Below, piece by piece: positions 12,001 to 22,181 of a stretch of DNA of 64,000 bases (position 1 is its first letter; every line of letters starts with the position of its first letter). A program made the position numbers and the translations under genes. Under the pieces are notes generated by a model. It worked only from the letters and a program-made list of their open reading frames with translations. It had not been told where the DNA came from and ran no database searches. The stretch comes from Vicugna vicugna. Its lineage: Eukaryota. The stretch spans positions 1,054,001-1,118,000 of the forward strand of contig MU057781.1 in assembly GCA_013265495.1 (NCBI GenBank), in the 5' to 3' direction.

Positions 12001-14829
12001 AGCCAGCTGTTTGTGTTCATTCCTGATGGGTGTCTAGTACGTACATCGCTTCCTCTGTGTTCTCGGGTGGAGAAGAGGCAACGTGGACGTGTGTTCTGAT
12101 TCTCTCTGCCCCTGGGCCCCCTGGGTGGGCCTGTACCGATGGACGCCCCCATTCTGTCCTGGCTGCCCAGGACAGATGCCTCCCCCCAGCTCTTGCCACA
12201 CCCCATGGCCCACCTGCCATTCCCTTCCCTCCCGCCTGAGCAGGTGCCCCCACCGCCCCGGCTCCCCTCAGGCCCTCTCCCCACCTCCCACACTGCCACT
12301 CACCTTTGCCCGGCTGGGCCCTCCCCCTGGACCCCCGCGGGCCTGCTCCTCCTCCAAGAAGGTCCCTTATGGTCACCATCGTCTCACCAGTTACCCCCGA
12401 CACCCTGGCTCCCGGCATGCAGACACTGCCGCCCGGCACACAGGGGACGCCCTGGACGCCAGACGCAGCAGTTCTCGCCTGGCCCCAGCCTATGCTTGGT
12501 CCTTTGGAAATTTGGGGTCAGCTGGGGCTCCTGGGGACCCTTTCCTCTGAGCCCAGCATGCTGGGTGCAGACGGAGACAAGTGTCTGAAATCAGAACCAC
12601 AGCTGGGTCTGAAGCCTGTGGGCCATCGGCAAATGCGAACCAGTTGCTCTTTTTTAACACCTGTGGCCTCTTCAAGCGGATGGCCAGGCAGCAGCACCAC
12701 AGCCCTTACCGCTGTTTAGACACAAACGTCGCAAGGAAACTTCTGAGGGGCCTTTTACCACTGCAGATCAGAACTTACTACACGAAACTTGCGAACGTAC
12801 TTTTGAAAAGAAGCGTCTTGTCCCAGCTCTGACACCCACGCCTCCGCCCAGTCAGGCGTTGCTCAGCGCTTGCAGACCCAGGAGATGCAGGCTCGGGACC
12901 TTCCCGGCCTGGCTGGCCAGGGGCTGGTTTCACCTCGGGCCATGGGGCTGTGTCCGCAGGGGTCAGGGCTGGGTGGTCTGCTCCTCCCCCGAGGGCCGGA
13001 TGCAGGGCTCCTCTGTCTGGCAGGGTGCAGAGGGTTCTGGAGGGCTGCACACAGCGGGTTCCTGGTGGGACCCCAGGGGCTCTGCCTCCACTAAGATTTT
13101 GAACCTGGTGCAGTCGGGGCACAGCAGGGCTGGCAGCTCCCAGAGAGGCAGGGCCAGCTGTACAGGTGCCCCGACCACCAGTGGTTTTGTACAAGTGGAG
13201 CAGCTGTCAAACCGCCCTTCTGGGCTGACGCTGGCGCCCAGGGCCTGTGGGCGCCCGTCCGGCAGCCTTGGTACCCGCGCAGCAGGTGTCCTCCCACGGC
13301 AGCAGCCGCTCCCTTAAGTTCCAAGCAAAACACCAGGCGCCCCAGGTACCAGTGGAGACCGTGCTGGGCCGCCTTGCCCCGCGACCTTCACGTGGCTGCT
13401 AATAATGAAGTAATCCTATATGGGTCTTTAAAAACAGCAGTTTGGGAATTTTTTTTCTCCTTTCAAAAGAGAAAATGCCTCTGTAAGTGGGTGAGCCAGA
13501 AAAGCCTGGCCTGGGGCTTTCTGCATGAGTGGTCACGGCTGCAGATTGAAAGGCCAGGGGAGAGGCCTGAATGCCCGGCCTGGGAGTCTTTAAAACCCGG
13601 TAAATGAGGTGGCTCCTGGCGGGTGTGGGAGAAAGGGCCCGGAGAGCCCGAGGCACGCGGAGGCCCCTCTGTGGGGCCGGGCTGGTCAGATGTGTATCCT
13701 TTGGGAGCGCGCCTGAAGTGTCGAGATAAAGCAATTTTTTAAGAAGTTTCCAGCAGACGCCTTTGGGAGAGACAGAATTTCCTGAATCGGGTCCTGGGGA
13801 GGCTACAGGCCGTCTGCCTGCCAAGCCCTCCGCATTCACCAGCGCTTAAGCCACTTAAGCGCATTAGCATCTGGATGGCGGCAGCTTCTGGCCGAGGGCT
13901 GGGCAGGGTGGCCGCTCTGGGCTGGATTGTCCCCTGCTTGTTCTAATCCGCGCCACTTGAAGGCGGCCAGACTGATTTGTGACACATGAGTCCAAAAGCC
14001 ACTTTGAGGGTCTTGACCTGATTAGCTGTCTGTGCTCTGAATGTCAATGCCTGCTGCAGTGCGTGTTGGGGACCGCGGCCCCCTGCCCGCCCTGGGCCAC
14101 GCGGCCGGGAGGGGCCCTGGTCCCGCTGCCCGCTGACGCGGGGCCCTGAGTCTCCAGGCTCCCCATGAAGTGTGGCCTCATGAGGGCTCAGCAGAGGAAA
14201 CTTTTTTCAAAAGTCAAAATCAGCTCCGTTGCCCTGGTCTTTTGCTTTTATAAAATTCTCTAAGCCTTTCTGGGAACACAGCTCTCATGATGTGTGACTT
14301 GCACCCAAACCGGATCCAGTTGTGACCGCTGGTCCCGCCCGGCCGGGCCGGCAGCCCAGGCTCCACTTTCTGCCCCGGGCCTACCCTCTCGGGACCAGAA
14401 GCGTGTGGGCCGCTCCCCCACATCCTCGCAGCGCGTCTCGTGAACGAGGGGGTCTCTCGGCCTAGGTGGGGCTCTACTCTCTCTCCGTGGCTCGGCGTGG
14501 CCTCAGCGCAGCCCTGTGGTGCCCAGCCGGCCCGTCCTGCGGCCCCTCCCTCTGTGCTCTGTGGCCCGGCCCTCGGCCCGCTGCCCTCCCGCAACCCCCA
14601 GCGCGTGGCCTCTGTTCCCCTCAACTTGCCCTCGGGTCCCGTCCGGCAGCCTGAAACATCACCGTCCCTCCCCCCTGGGCTGCGGAGGAGTCACCAGCCT
14701 GTTCTCGGCAAAGCCCTCGCAGACCTTCCCGGGTCGCCTGGTGGGCAGGGGGGCCAGCAGCGCTGCTGGTCACGCTCCCACTTCTGTGCGGGCGGATTTG
14801 TGCTCCCAGAGCCTCCTTCTCCCTCGGTG

Positions 14830-14862
14830 TCCCTTGACATCCCTTGATGTCCCTTGAAGTCC
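14830..14862. repeat. 10-nt tandem repeat, 3 copies
   Basis: tcccttgaca / tcccttgatg / tcccttgaag. Confidence 0.7.
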
Positions 14863-15015
14863 TGAGACCCAGGTGGAGCAGTAGGGGTCTGCCTGGAAAG
14901 GGCGGGGTCGGGGAGATGGGTGGGAACATTTGCTTCACAGTGACACGGCTGTGGGCTGCCCGGCGGAGACCCCTAAGGTCTTAGTCAGACTGAGTTCCTT
15001 CCTTGTCCTTCCCAG

Positions 15016-15111
15016 ACCCTCTGCACGAAGGCCACGATGCAGACAGTCCGGGCCGCTGACACCAATGAGGTCGTGAAGCTGATATTCCGCGAGTCAGACA
15101 ATGACCGGAAG
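15016..15111 (+). CDS. INPP5A: INPP5A internal coding exon (exon 10 by human numbering), TLCTKATMQTVRAADTNEVVKLIFRESDNDRK
   Basis: cccag acceptor, 96 nt in phase 0, GTGAGC donor; translation matches type I inositol polyphosphate 5-phosphatase as I know it. Confidence 0.97.
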
Positions 15112-15199
15112 GTGAGCGCCCACGGCGGTGGTTAGGGCCGCACCGGGGTGGGGTGTCTGTGAAAAGTCTCAAAGAGATACAGATTACCTCGCCCGGCAG

Positions 15200-15274
15200 G
15201 TGACACTCCAGCTGGAGAAGAAGCTCTTCGACTACGTGAACCAGGAGGTGTTCCGGGACAACAACGGCACCGCG
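15200..15274 (+). CDS. INPP5A: INPP5A coding exon (11), VTLQLEKKLFDYVNQEVFRDNNGTA
   Basis: ggcag acceptor, 75 nt, GTGAGT donor; continues the frame of the previous exon. Confidence 0.97.
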
Positions 15275-17224
15275 GTGAGTGCGCCGTCCGGTGCCCCGTG
15301 CGGCCGGGGGGCCTGACTCTGCCTCCTGCTACTTCTGCCGGCCCAGGACTGAGGTCCTGGTGCTGTCCCAGCCCGGAGCCGGGTCTGGACCCTCACCCTC
15401 CCATCACTTCTCTGCCAGCCTGTTCCTGGGTGTGGCCTGTTCGCTGGCCGGGGCCACGGCCAGCGGCCTCCCTGCCCTGGGGTGCACATCACAGCTGTCA
15501 CACTGTCTCTGATGCATCCCCACTGGACACACCCCTCACAGGTCAGCCCCTGGTCCCCTTCCGCCTCAGCTCAGCTCTTGTGCCCTGGCAACCCTGGGTG
15601 GCCCGGTCACCTGCTGGGTCTTGAATTTCCGTCTCACTTGTGGCCACGCGCGGTGCTCCAGGCTGTGCCCAGGGAGTGGGAGGTTCCGAGGAGGGCACAC
15701 GGCCAGTCCTAGGTAGCAGGCCGCACAGGCTCTGCCCAGCCCTGTGCCCCTGAGTCCGCTGCACTGCACAGAGCCACCCCCATCCCGCTCCTTTCCTCCC
15801 CCGGGTCACCCCCAGCCCCTTGCTCCCTCATGTCCAGCAGCCTCTGAGCCTGGACTCTCTCCACACCCCCAAGTCCATCTCTCCCTCCCCCGGGCCCTCA
15901 CCTGCTGAAGGAGCCCCTCACTGCCTTCCTGCACCCCTGCCCCTCTGTCCACCCCAGCCTGGAGCCCAGCCAGCCCGGGGCTTGTCATGGCTTCTGGCCC
16001 TCAGCCACTTCCCACCTCATCGGGTAAAGCCTGGGCCCCTGACTCCTCTCCCACGGGGGCTCCGAGCTCCCCTCCCCTCCTGCCCCACCCCACCCTCCTC
16101 TCAGTGCACCCGGCTCGCTGCTGTCCCAGCGGACGCCCTGAGCCTCCTGCCCCTTCCACCCACCTGCTGCCCTGCGGACACTCACTCATCCCCTCGGCCA
16201 GATTGTCTCTCTGCTCTTTGACAGCCTTGGGTCCCGGTGAGGTGGGCTCCTCCTGTGTTCCCGCAGCACCCACACTCAAGATGCTGATGGCTCAGCCTCA
16301 GTTCTGCTGAGCAGGAGGCTCCGTGGGGCGGGGGCCGTGTCCAGCTGCTGCCTGCCCTGAAGAGGGAAGCGTCCCAGTGACATCAGCAGGGCCTGGAGCA
16401 CATGGGGCAGGTGTGGGGATGCGGGTGCCCACTGTGCCCGAGTGGAGGAGACTTGGGGAGCTGTCCCCTCCCTGGGCAGCTGTGTGGCCATCTGAGCTTG
16501 GAGAAGGCCAGGCGGGGGTGGGCCTTGAGGGCTCCCAGCACAAAGACAGCCCCTCAAAGCTGGGGGCAGAGTGGCCACCTGGGCAAGCGGAAAGCGAAGG
16601 CTCCCGGGAGAAGAGTGGACATGGGGAGTGTGGTGCGGGGCAGCCGGGCCAGAATGTCTCGGGAGGAGCCGGGGGCCTGGTGGGAAGGGAGAAGCGTGGG
16701 TCTGCGGCAGGGTGTGCGGCGGAGGCGGGGGTGCGTCCTGCTGAGGCAGAGAGCGCGTCGCCCCCATTAGAAGAAGCCTTTCTGTATGAAGTTGGGTCTC
16801 TTTTTGAGGTGGAGGAAAATTAGCCTGAATATTTGGAGGAGGTTTTGAGTCTGACCCTAAGATGAAGAGGCGCAGTGGAGGTGCGCAGAGAGGAGGTTTG
16901 GCGTGGGTTTTTGGAGAGGCCCGCGGACCCCCACCGGTGTCAGGAGTCCCCTGTCGTGACGGGGCTAGGCCAGCAGTGCCGCGCCTGTCCTGCTGCTCAG
17001 CGCGTGCGTCCCCGCGTGGGTCACAGGCAGGAGGCGGGTCGCCGCCCCGGGCGGGGGGGGCGGGGAGGGATAGGCGGCCCGAGGAGCCCCTGAGGCCGGG
17101 AGCAAACTGCCCGTCGCAGGATGGATGTGCTGCACCGGCCACGGCCCCAAATCCATCGCTTCCTTGATCAACCGCCGGTCTTGTTCCCGGCTGACAGAAA
17201 TTTAATTCGAGCTGGCTCTGAAAA

Positions 17225-17404
17225 NNNNNNNNNNNNNNNNNNNNNNNNNNNNNNNNNNNNNNNNNNNNNNNNNNNNNNNNNNNNNNNNNNNNNNNNNNNN
17301 NNNNNNNNNNNNNNNNNNNNNNNNNNNNNNNNNNNNNNNNNNNNNNNNNNNNNNNNNNNNNNNNNNNNNNNNNNNNNNNNNNNNNNNNNNNNNNNNNNNN
17401 NNNN
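17225..17404. other. Assembly gap (180 N)
   Basis: N run; the other gaps are 34448-34723, 35556-35695, 45381-45425 and 53109-53244. Confidence 1.
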
Positions 17405-19979
17405 GAGATTAAATTTTCCGCGGCTGTCCCAGGGCAGGGCTCGGGAATTTTCACAGCACTCGGCCTGTTGGATAGAGATGTTTTCTGTGTGTTTAGCAAC
17501 TGCTCCAGCTCAGGCGCATTGATTTTCCAGCCTCTTTTCCTTTATCAGCGCGGTGGCTCTGCAGTAACAGAGGAATTTGTGCGGCCGGGACAGCTGCTGA
17601 CAGATACACACGATCAGGCCGCTTTATCATTGTCCATACACGCCCTGCGCTGGTTTTCACTTTGTAATCAAGAAGAATGTTTAAGATACATGTGAGATTG
17701 GTTATCGTATTTGTGAAAAATCTCAAAGAGATACAGATTACCATTTCAACAGAAATGCAATATAATTTTTAATCAGAAACTTCTCAGGCCGGCGTTCTGT
17801 GCCGCAGCCGCGGCCACAGCTGCATTGTTTCCGTGGCCGCGAGGCGTGGAGCCCTGGGCGCTCCCACGGGGGCGGGTCCCACTGCCTGTCAGGGCCGGCT
17901 GGACAGCAGGGCAGCTCGGCTCAGGGCCTAGGGCCGGATCAGGGCTTAGGAGTCCAGGCTGCAGCGCAGTTTGTGTGGCCATGGGCTCACCTCTGCCTGC
18001 CCGGGCTGGACGGTCCTGGAAGCCAGGTCGGTCCGGTGGTGTTGTGGCCTTTGGTGGAGCATCCAGCTCAGAACCTGGCGCTCGGAGAGGCCTCCTGTCA
18101 CTTGTTGAATCAGAACGAAGGTGGGTCCCCGTTTCCGGTCTCCACTTACACGACAGGCAGGTTATCAAACCCTGGGGTGCTCTGAGGGCGGTGCCGCCCG
18201 GAGAATGTGGGGGTCGGTGTGGCTAGGGCCTGGTGTGGGCCTGGGACGGGAACAGGACAGCCGGACACCTACAGGGCTGAGTCCTCCCCAAACTGGCTCT
18301 GTAAACTGTTGTAGCAGCTGGAAGATTCCAACTCATTCCAAACCAGGTGTTTATTTGCTGTCATCTTGAGTTCAACCCCGGACAAGTGGTAGCGGGGGCC
18401 TCAAGCAGCCCACAGGGAGCGGTGAGCCCGTCTCCGGCCCGGAGCCTCTCTGCTCCGTCCTCCGCAGGTGTCTGGCTCCCCTGCCTCCTTGCTGCGAGGT
18501 GTGTGTGTGTGTGTGTATGTGGTTTGCTTTTAACTAGAAAGTTCCCACAAGCCCGTCCCAGCAGTGGTCTGGACGAGGGCCCCGTGGACCTCTGGGCAGG
18601 TGCTGACCACTTTGCAGGTCTCTTCGAGGCTGAACTAAATCGGGCGTGTTCAGTGGGTGGGGAAAGAAGGGTGCCCCCAGTGCGCTCGCACTCAGACTCG
18701 GGCACATGAGACCCGGCACCCCTGCCAGCACGGGGGCAGGCGTGCCGCCCCCTCGCCCTGCAGTCCCCGGGCGTGTCCCAAGGGGGTCGTGGGGACCAGC
18801 AGCCACAGCCGCCAGCTGTTTGCTGGCCAGATACTCGGTGCAGAAGTGAAGGTGGTGACATGCTCAGTTACTCTGGTCCATGACTCTTTGGCTCAGTTAG
18901 AAATCGAAAAACAAAACACACACATGGGCCTGTATGTGTGCATGTGTGAGTGGAGCCCTCGGTCCAGTGTCCAGCGTCCTCTCACAGCGTTTGAGGGGAG
19001 TGAGGATCTGGTCCACCCACAGCGCCCCCACAACCTGGCCAGGGGGCCGGTTTTGCAGGAGGTAGTGGGTGGCGATGTCTCAGTGCAGATGTGGGGAGAA
19101 GCAGCCACTGTCAGAGAGAGCATCGGGGCGCTGTGCCGTCCTCATCTCCTGAGGGACTTTGAGGTGGTTCTCGCACTTGTGTGGGGCCCTGGGGATTCTC
19201 ATTGCTGCCGCCTCGAGCCAGGCCCTGGTCTGGGTGAGCCCAGCCCCCAGGGCAGCGGGCTGCAGGGACAGAGGAGATGCAGGTGCCAGCAAACACGGAA
19301 GCGGCACCTCTCCAGGATGAGGGGAGACCTGCTGGGGTGTCCCTGGGGTAGGGGGACACAGGAGGCAGGCCCCATCCTGTCCGCTTCCTGCTGGGGGTCT
19401 GTCCGGGGGAGGGGAGCTGTCCAGGGCGAGGGGGTGGGGAGCGACACCTGAGCAACATCTGATGAGAGGCTGGAGCCTGGTGAGTGGGGCTGGACCTGCT
19501 GGCCGGGGCCGGGCCTGCTGTCCACACCGCGCTTTGCAGGCTGGGGCCTGGGAGACGTCCAGGGTCCCGGGTGGCTCTGGGACTTCCCTTCAAAGTGTGA
19601 GGAGGAGAAGTAAGCGTCTGTCCCCACACCTTGGAGCTGCTGGGGCTACGTTCTAAGTGCGTGGTAAGAGCCCGGGTCCTGGTCTGCTGTTCCCGACTCC
19701 AGCGGCCATCTCCTGCAGGGCAGGCCCATGTCCCCTGCCCCGTGAAGACTCTGCGAGTGAAGGTCCCTGAAGACAGGCTTGCAGTCCAGGTGCGAGAAGT
19801 GTAGGGGGTGCTCCGAGCAGCAAGCACCTGGGGACGTCAGGTAACTGAATACTTGACAAAACTGTAAGATGAGAATATTTTAAATTATTAAAAACATGAA
19901 AGAATCAGAAACATACATAAATGCCACACCTGAAAAAAGCAGGCAGACTAGAAAATGCACAGAGCTCCCGGAAGCGCAG

Positions 19980-20162
19980 CCCTGACGTGGACGCCTCCGT
20001 GGACGGCCTGAGGGCCGCACAGACCCAGCCGGGCAGCAGCCTCTGAAGTGGACGCCTCCGTGGACGGCCTGGGGGCCGCACAGACCCAGCCGGGCAGCAG
20101 CCCCTGAAGTGGAAGCCTCCGTGGACGACCTGGGGGCCGCACAGGCACAGCTGGGCAGCAGC
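19980..20162. repeat. 61-nt minisatellite, 3 copies
   Basis: Unit cctgaagtggacgcctccgtggacggcctgggggccgcacagacccagccgggcagcagc with few differences between copies. Confidence 0.93.
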
Positions 20163-22107
20163 TGGGAGTGACCCGCACAGCGCGGGCATGGGGGGGGCGT
20201 CGTGGTCCCCAGGAGCTCGATGGGCCCCGAGCCCCAAACACAAAGACAAGACTGAGGGCAGCCTGAGGACAGCGATGGGCCACCAACAGGAAGGGCCCCG
20301 GACCACAGAGCCAGAGATGCTGGAGGGGTCGCCGGAGGAGCAAGGAGGCCGGGGTGACGGGGCCGATAGGGGCCCCGGGGGGTGAGAGAAGCAGGAGTGA
20401 GAACGTGCTGTGTGCGCTCTGTGGGCACACGTGCGCCTGTCACCAGGGGGAAGGGACGGGCCGCGTGGACTCACTGTTTCCAGAACGTTTCCTTTCTTCT
20501 CTAAGAGGCTGGGGTTTGGAAAAACTTAGAAGATGTGGGAGCTCTCGGTGGGGAAGCACGGCTGCTCACCGCCCACGCTTCCCCAGACGCTGGACCGGGT
20601 CGTCGCGGAAAGGGCAGCTGCCGCCAGCATTTGGTTAAATGGCCGATTAGCGGGGGAGGTGCTTTCACCGTCCTTCAGGGGCAGCCCCTCTGACCCTACC
20701 GCCGCTCAGAACCACAGCCGCACCCCGGGGCCACACCCCTCCGCAGGCCGGCCCCTCTGCGTCAGGGCCGTCCTCCTGTCCCCTCTGGGGAGGCTGAGGA
20801 TTCACGCCCCGGAATGATGAACCGCGGGTGCGTGTGCGATGTGAGGGCAGCCCCAGGCACACACGTCCACGCAGACGCACATAAGAGCGGCCTGGCCCCG
20901 GCCCCACAAGCACACTTCACCTTGAAGAGGCAGCTCCTCCCCAGACTCCTCCCCATCCCCAGCCCCTGGGGAGCTGACTTGGAGCCTTCCAGAACCTGTC
21001 TGGCCTGGAGTGCATTTCTTCTCGACTCCCCACCCGGTCCTGCCTCCCCAGCTGCACCCCGGGCCCCCAGCAGGGCTGTCGGGTGGTGCTGAGTAGGGTG
21101 GGGTTGCCACTCGCCCTCGTTAGTGGCTGCTGGGGGCTCACAGGGGGCCCCTGTGGGGTCCGGCACCTGAGCCGGGCCAGGTGGGTCTGCGGCTCTCTGT
21201 GAGCCTGATACTGGGTGTCCAGATTCTGCAGGGACCTGTGTGGGGTTGAGGTTAGGCAACTGTTCTGAAACAGCCCGGTTTGTGCCAAAGGAGCTGGGGT
21301 TCACTGCCCCCAGAGCCATAAACACCATGAACCTGCTGGCGGAGATGCAGCCCTGCCGCCCTCTGTGCTCCCCGAGGAAAGCCACTCAGCCCACGGTGGC
21401 CACGGCTGGTGTTCCACAGCGGCCCGTTCGGGGTAATAACTGTGCACGGCGCCTAACCACGCGCTCCGGGAGCGACGGACAGGGCAGCAGCCAGGAGGGG
21501 AGGGCGCAGTGGGGCTTCCAGGGACCCAAACACAGCTGTGGGCCGTGATGGGTGGACGTGTCCCCAGGGTGTGACAACGATGGCGGCCAGATGCCGCCCG
21601 TGGTGCCCTTTTCTCTTGGGGGCCCAAGGCCCACGGGGTGTGGCTCTGAGGAGTCCCTCGGGGGCCGAGTGGCTCCGTCAATTTCCCGCCCAAGGTCTCT
21701 GCTGGAGTCTCCTGTGTGCAAACAGGGGTCCGCTTCCCGTCTTCCTCTGTGAGGCCGACAGTCTTACGCTTAGCTGGCACTACCTTAGCGTGCAGGCACT
21801 GCAGAGGTGATGCCCAAGCCCGCGTGGCTGCACCATGTGGTTTCCGCAGAGCAAGGTGGCCCTGCGTGGCCGGTCAGCATGTGCAGTGTGGAGTCCAGGA
21901 GGGAGCTGGTCCAGAGGGGCCTGCAGGGCGCCCACGGAGCTTTCTGGCCACACCGCCTGGGTGACATGCAGGGCAGGTGGAGGCGGGAGCCACGGGTTTC
22001 CCAGGAGTGACGGGGGTCCCCACTGCAGACAGACCCCTCCCCCAGGGCCTCTCATGCCCCCAGGACAGCGAAGCAGAGTAACTTTATTTTCTGTTTTTTT
22101 CCTTTAG

Positions 22108-22181
22108 CTCTTGGAATTCGACAAAGAGCTGTCTGTCTTCAAGGACAGGCTGTGTGAACTGGACATCTCGTTCCCCCCCAG
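22108..22181 (+). CDS. INPP5A: INPP5A coding exon (12), LLEFDKELSVFKDRLCELDISFPP(S)
   Basis: Long T tract plus ttag acceptor, 74 nt ending in phase 2, GTGAGG donor. Confidence 0.97.

Noticed and set aside
1-15015. Upstream INPP5A exons (HLFHD and GDFNFR motifs)
   Set aside because: Not found in this interval; they must lie upstream of the window, so this stretch is treated as intron
16276-17499. 407-aa ORF and other ORFs crossing N gaps
   Set aside because: Length is created by N runs translated as X
19980-20162. CRISPR-like array
   Set aside because: Head-to-tail repeats with no unique spacers, no cas genes, and a mammalian context; a minisatellite
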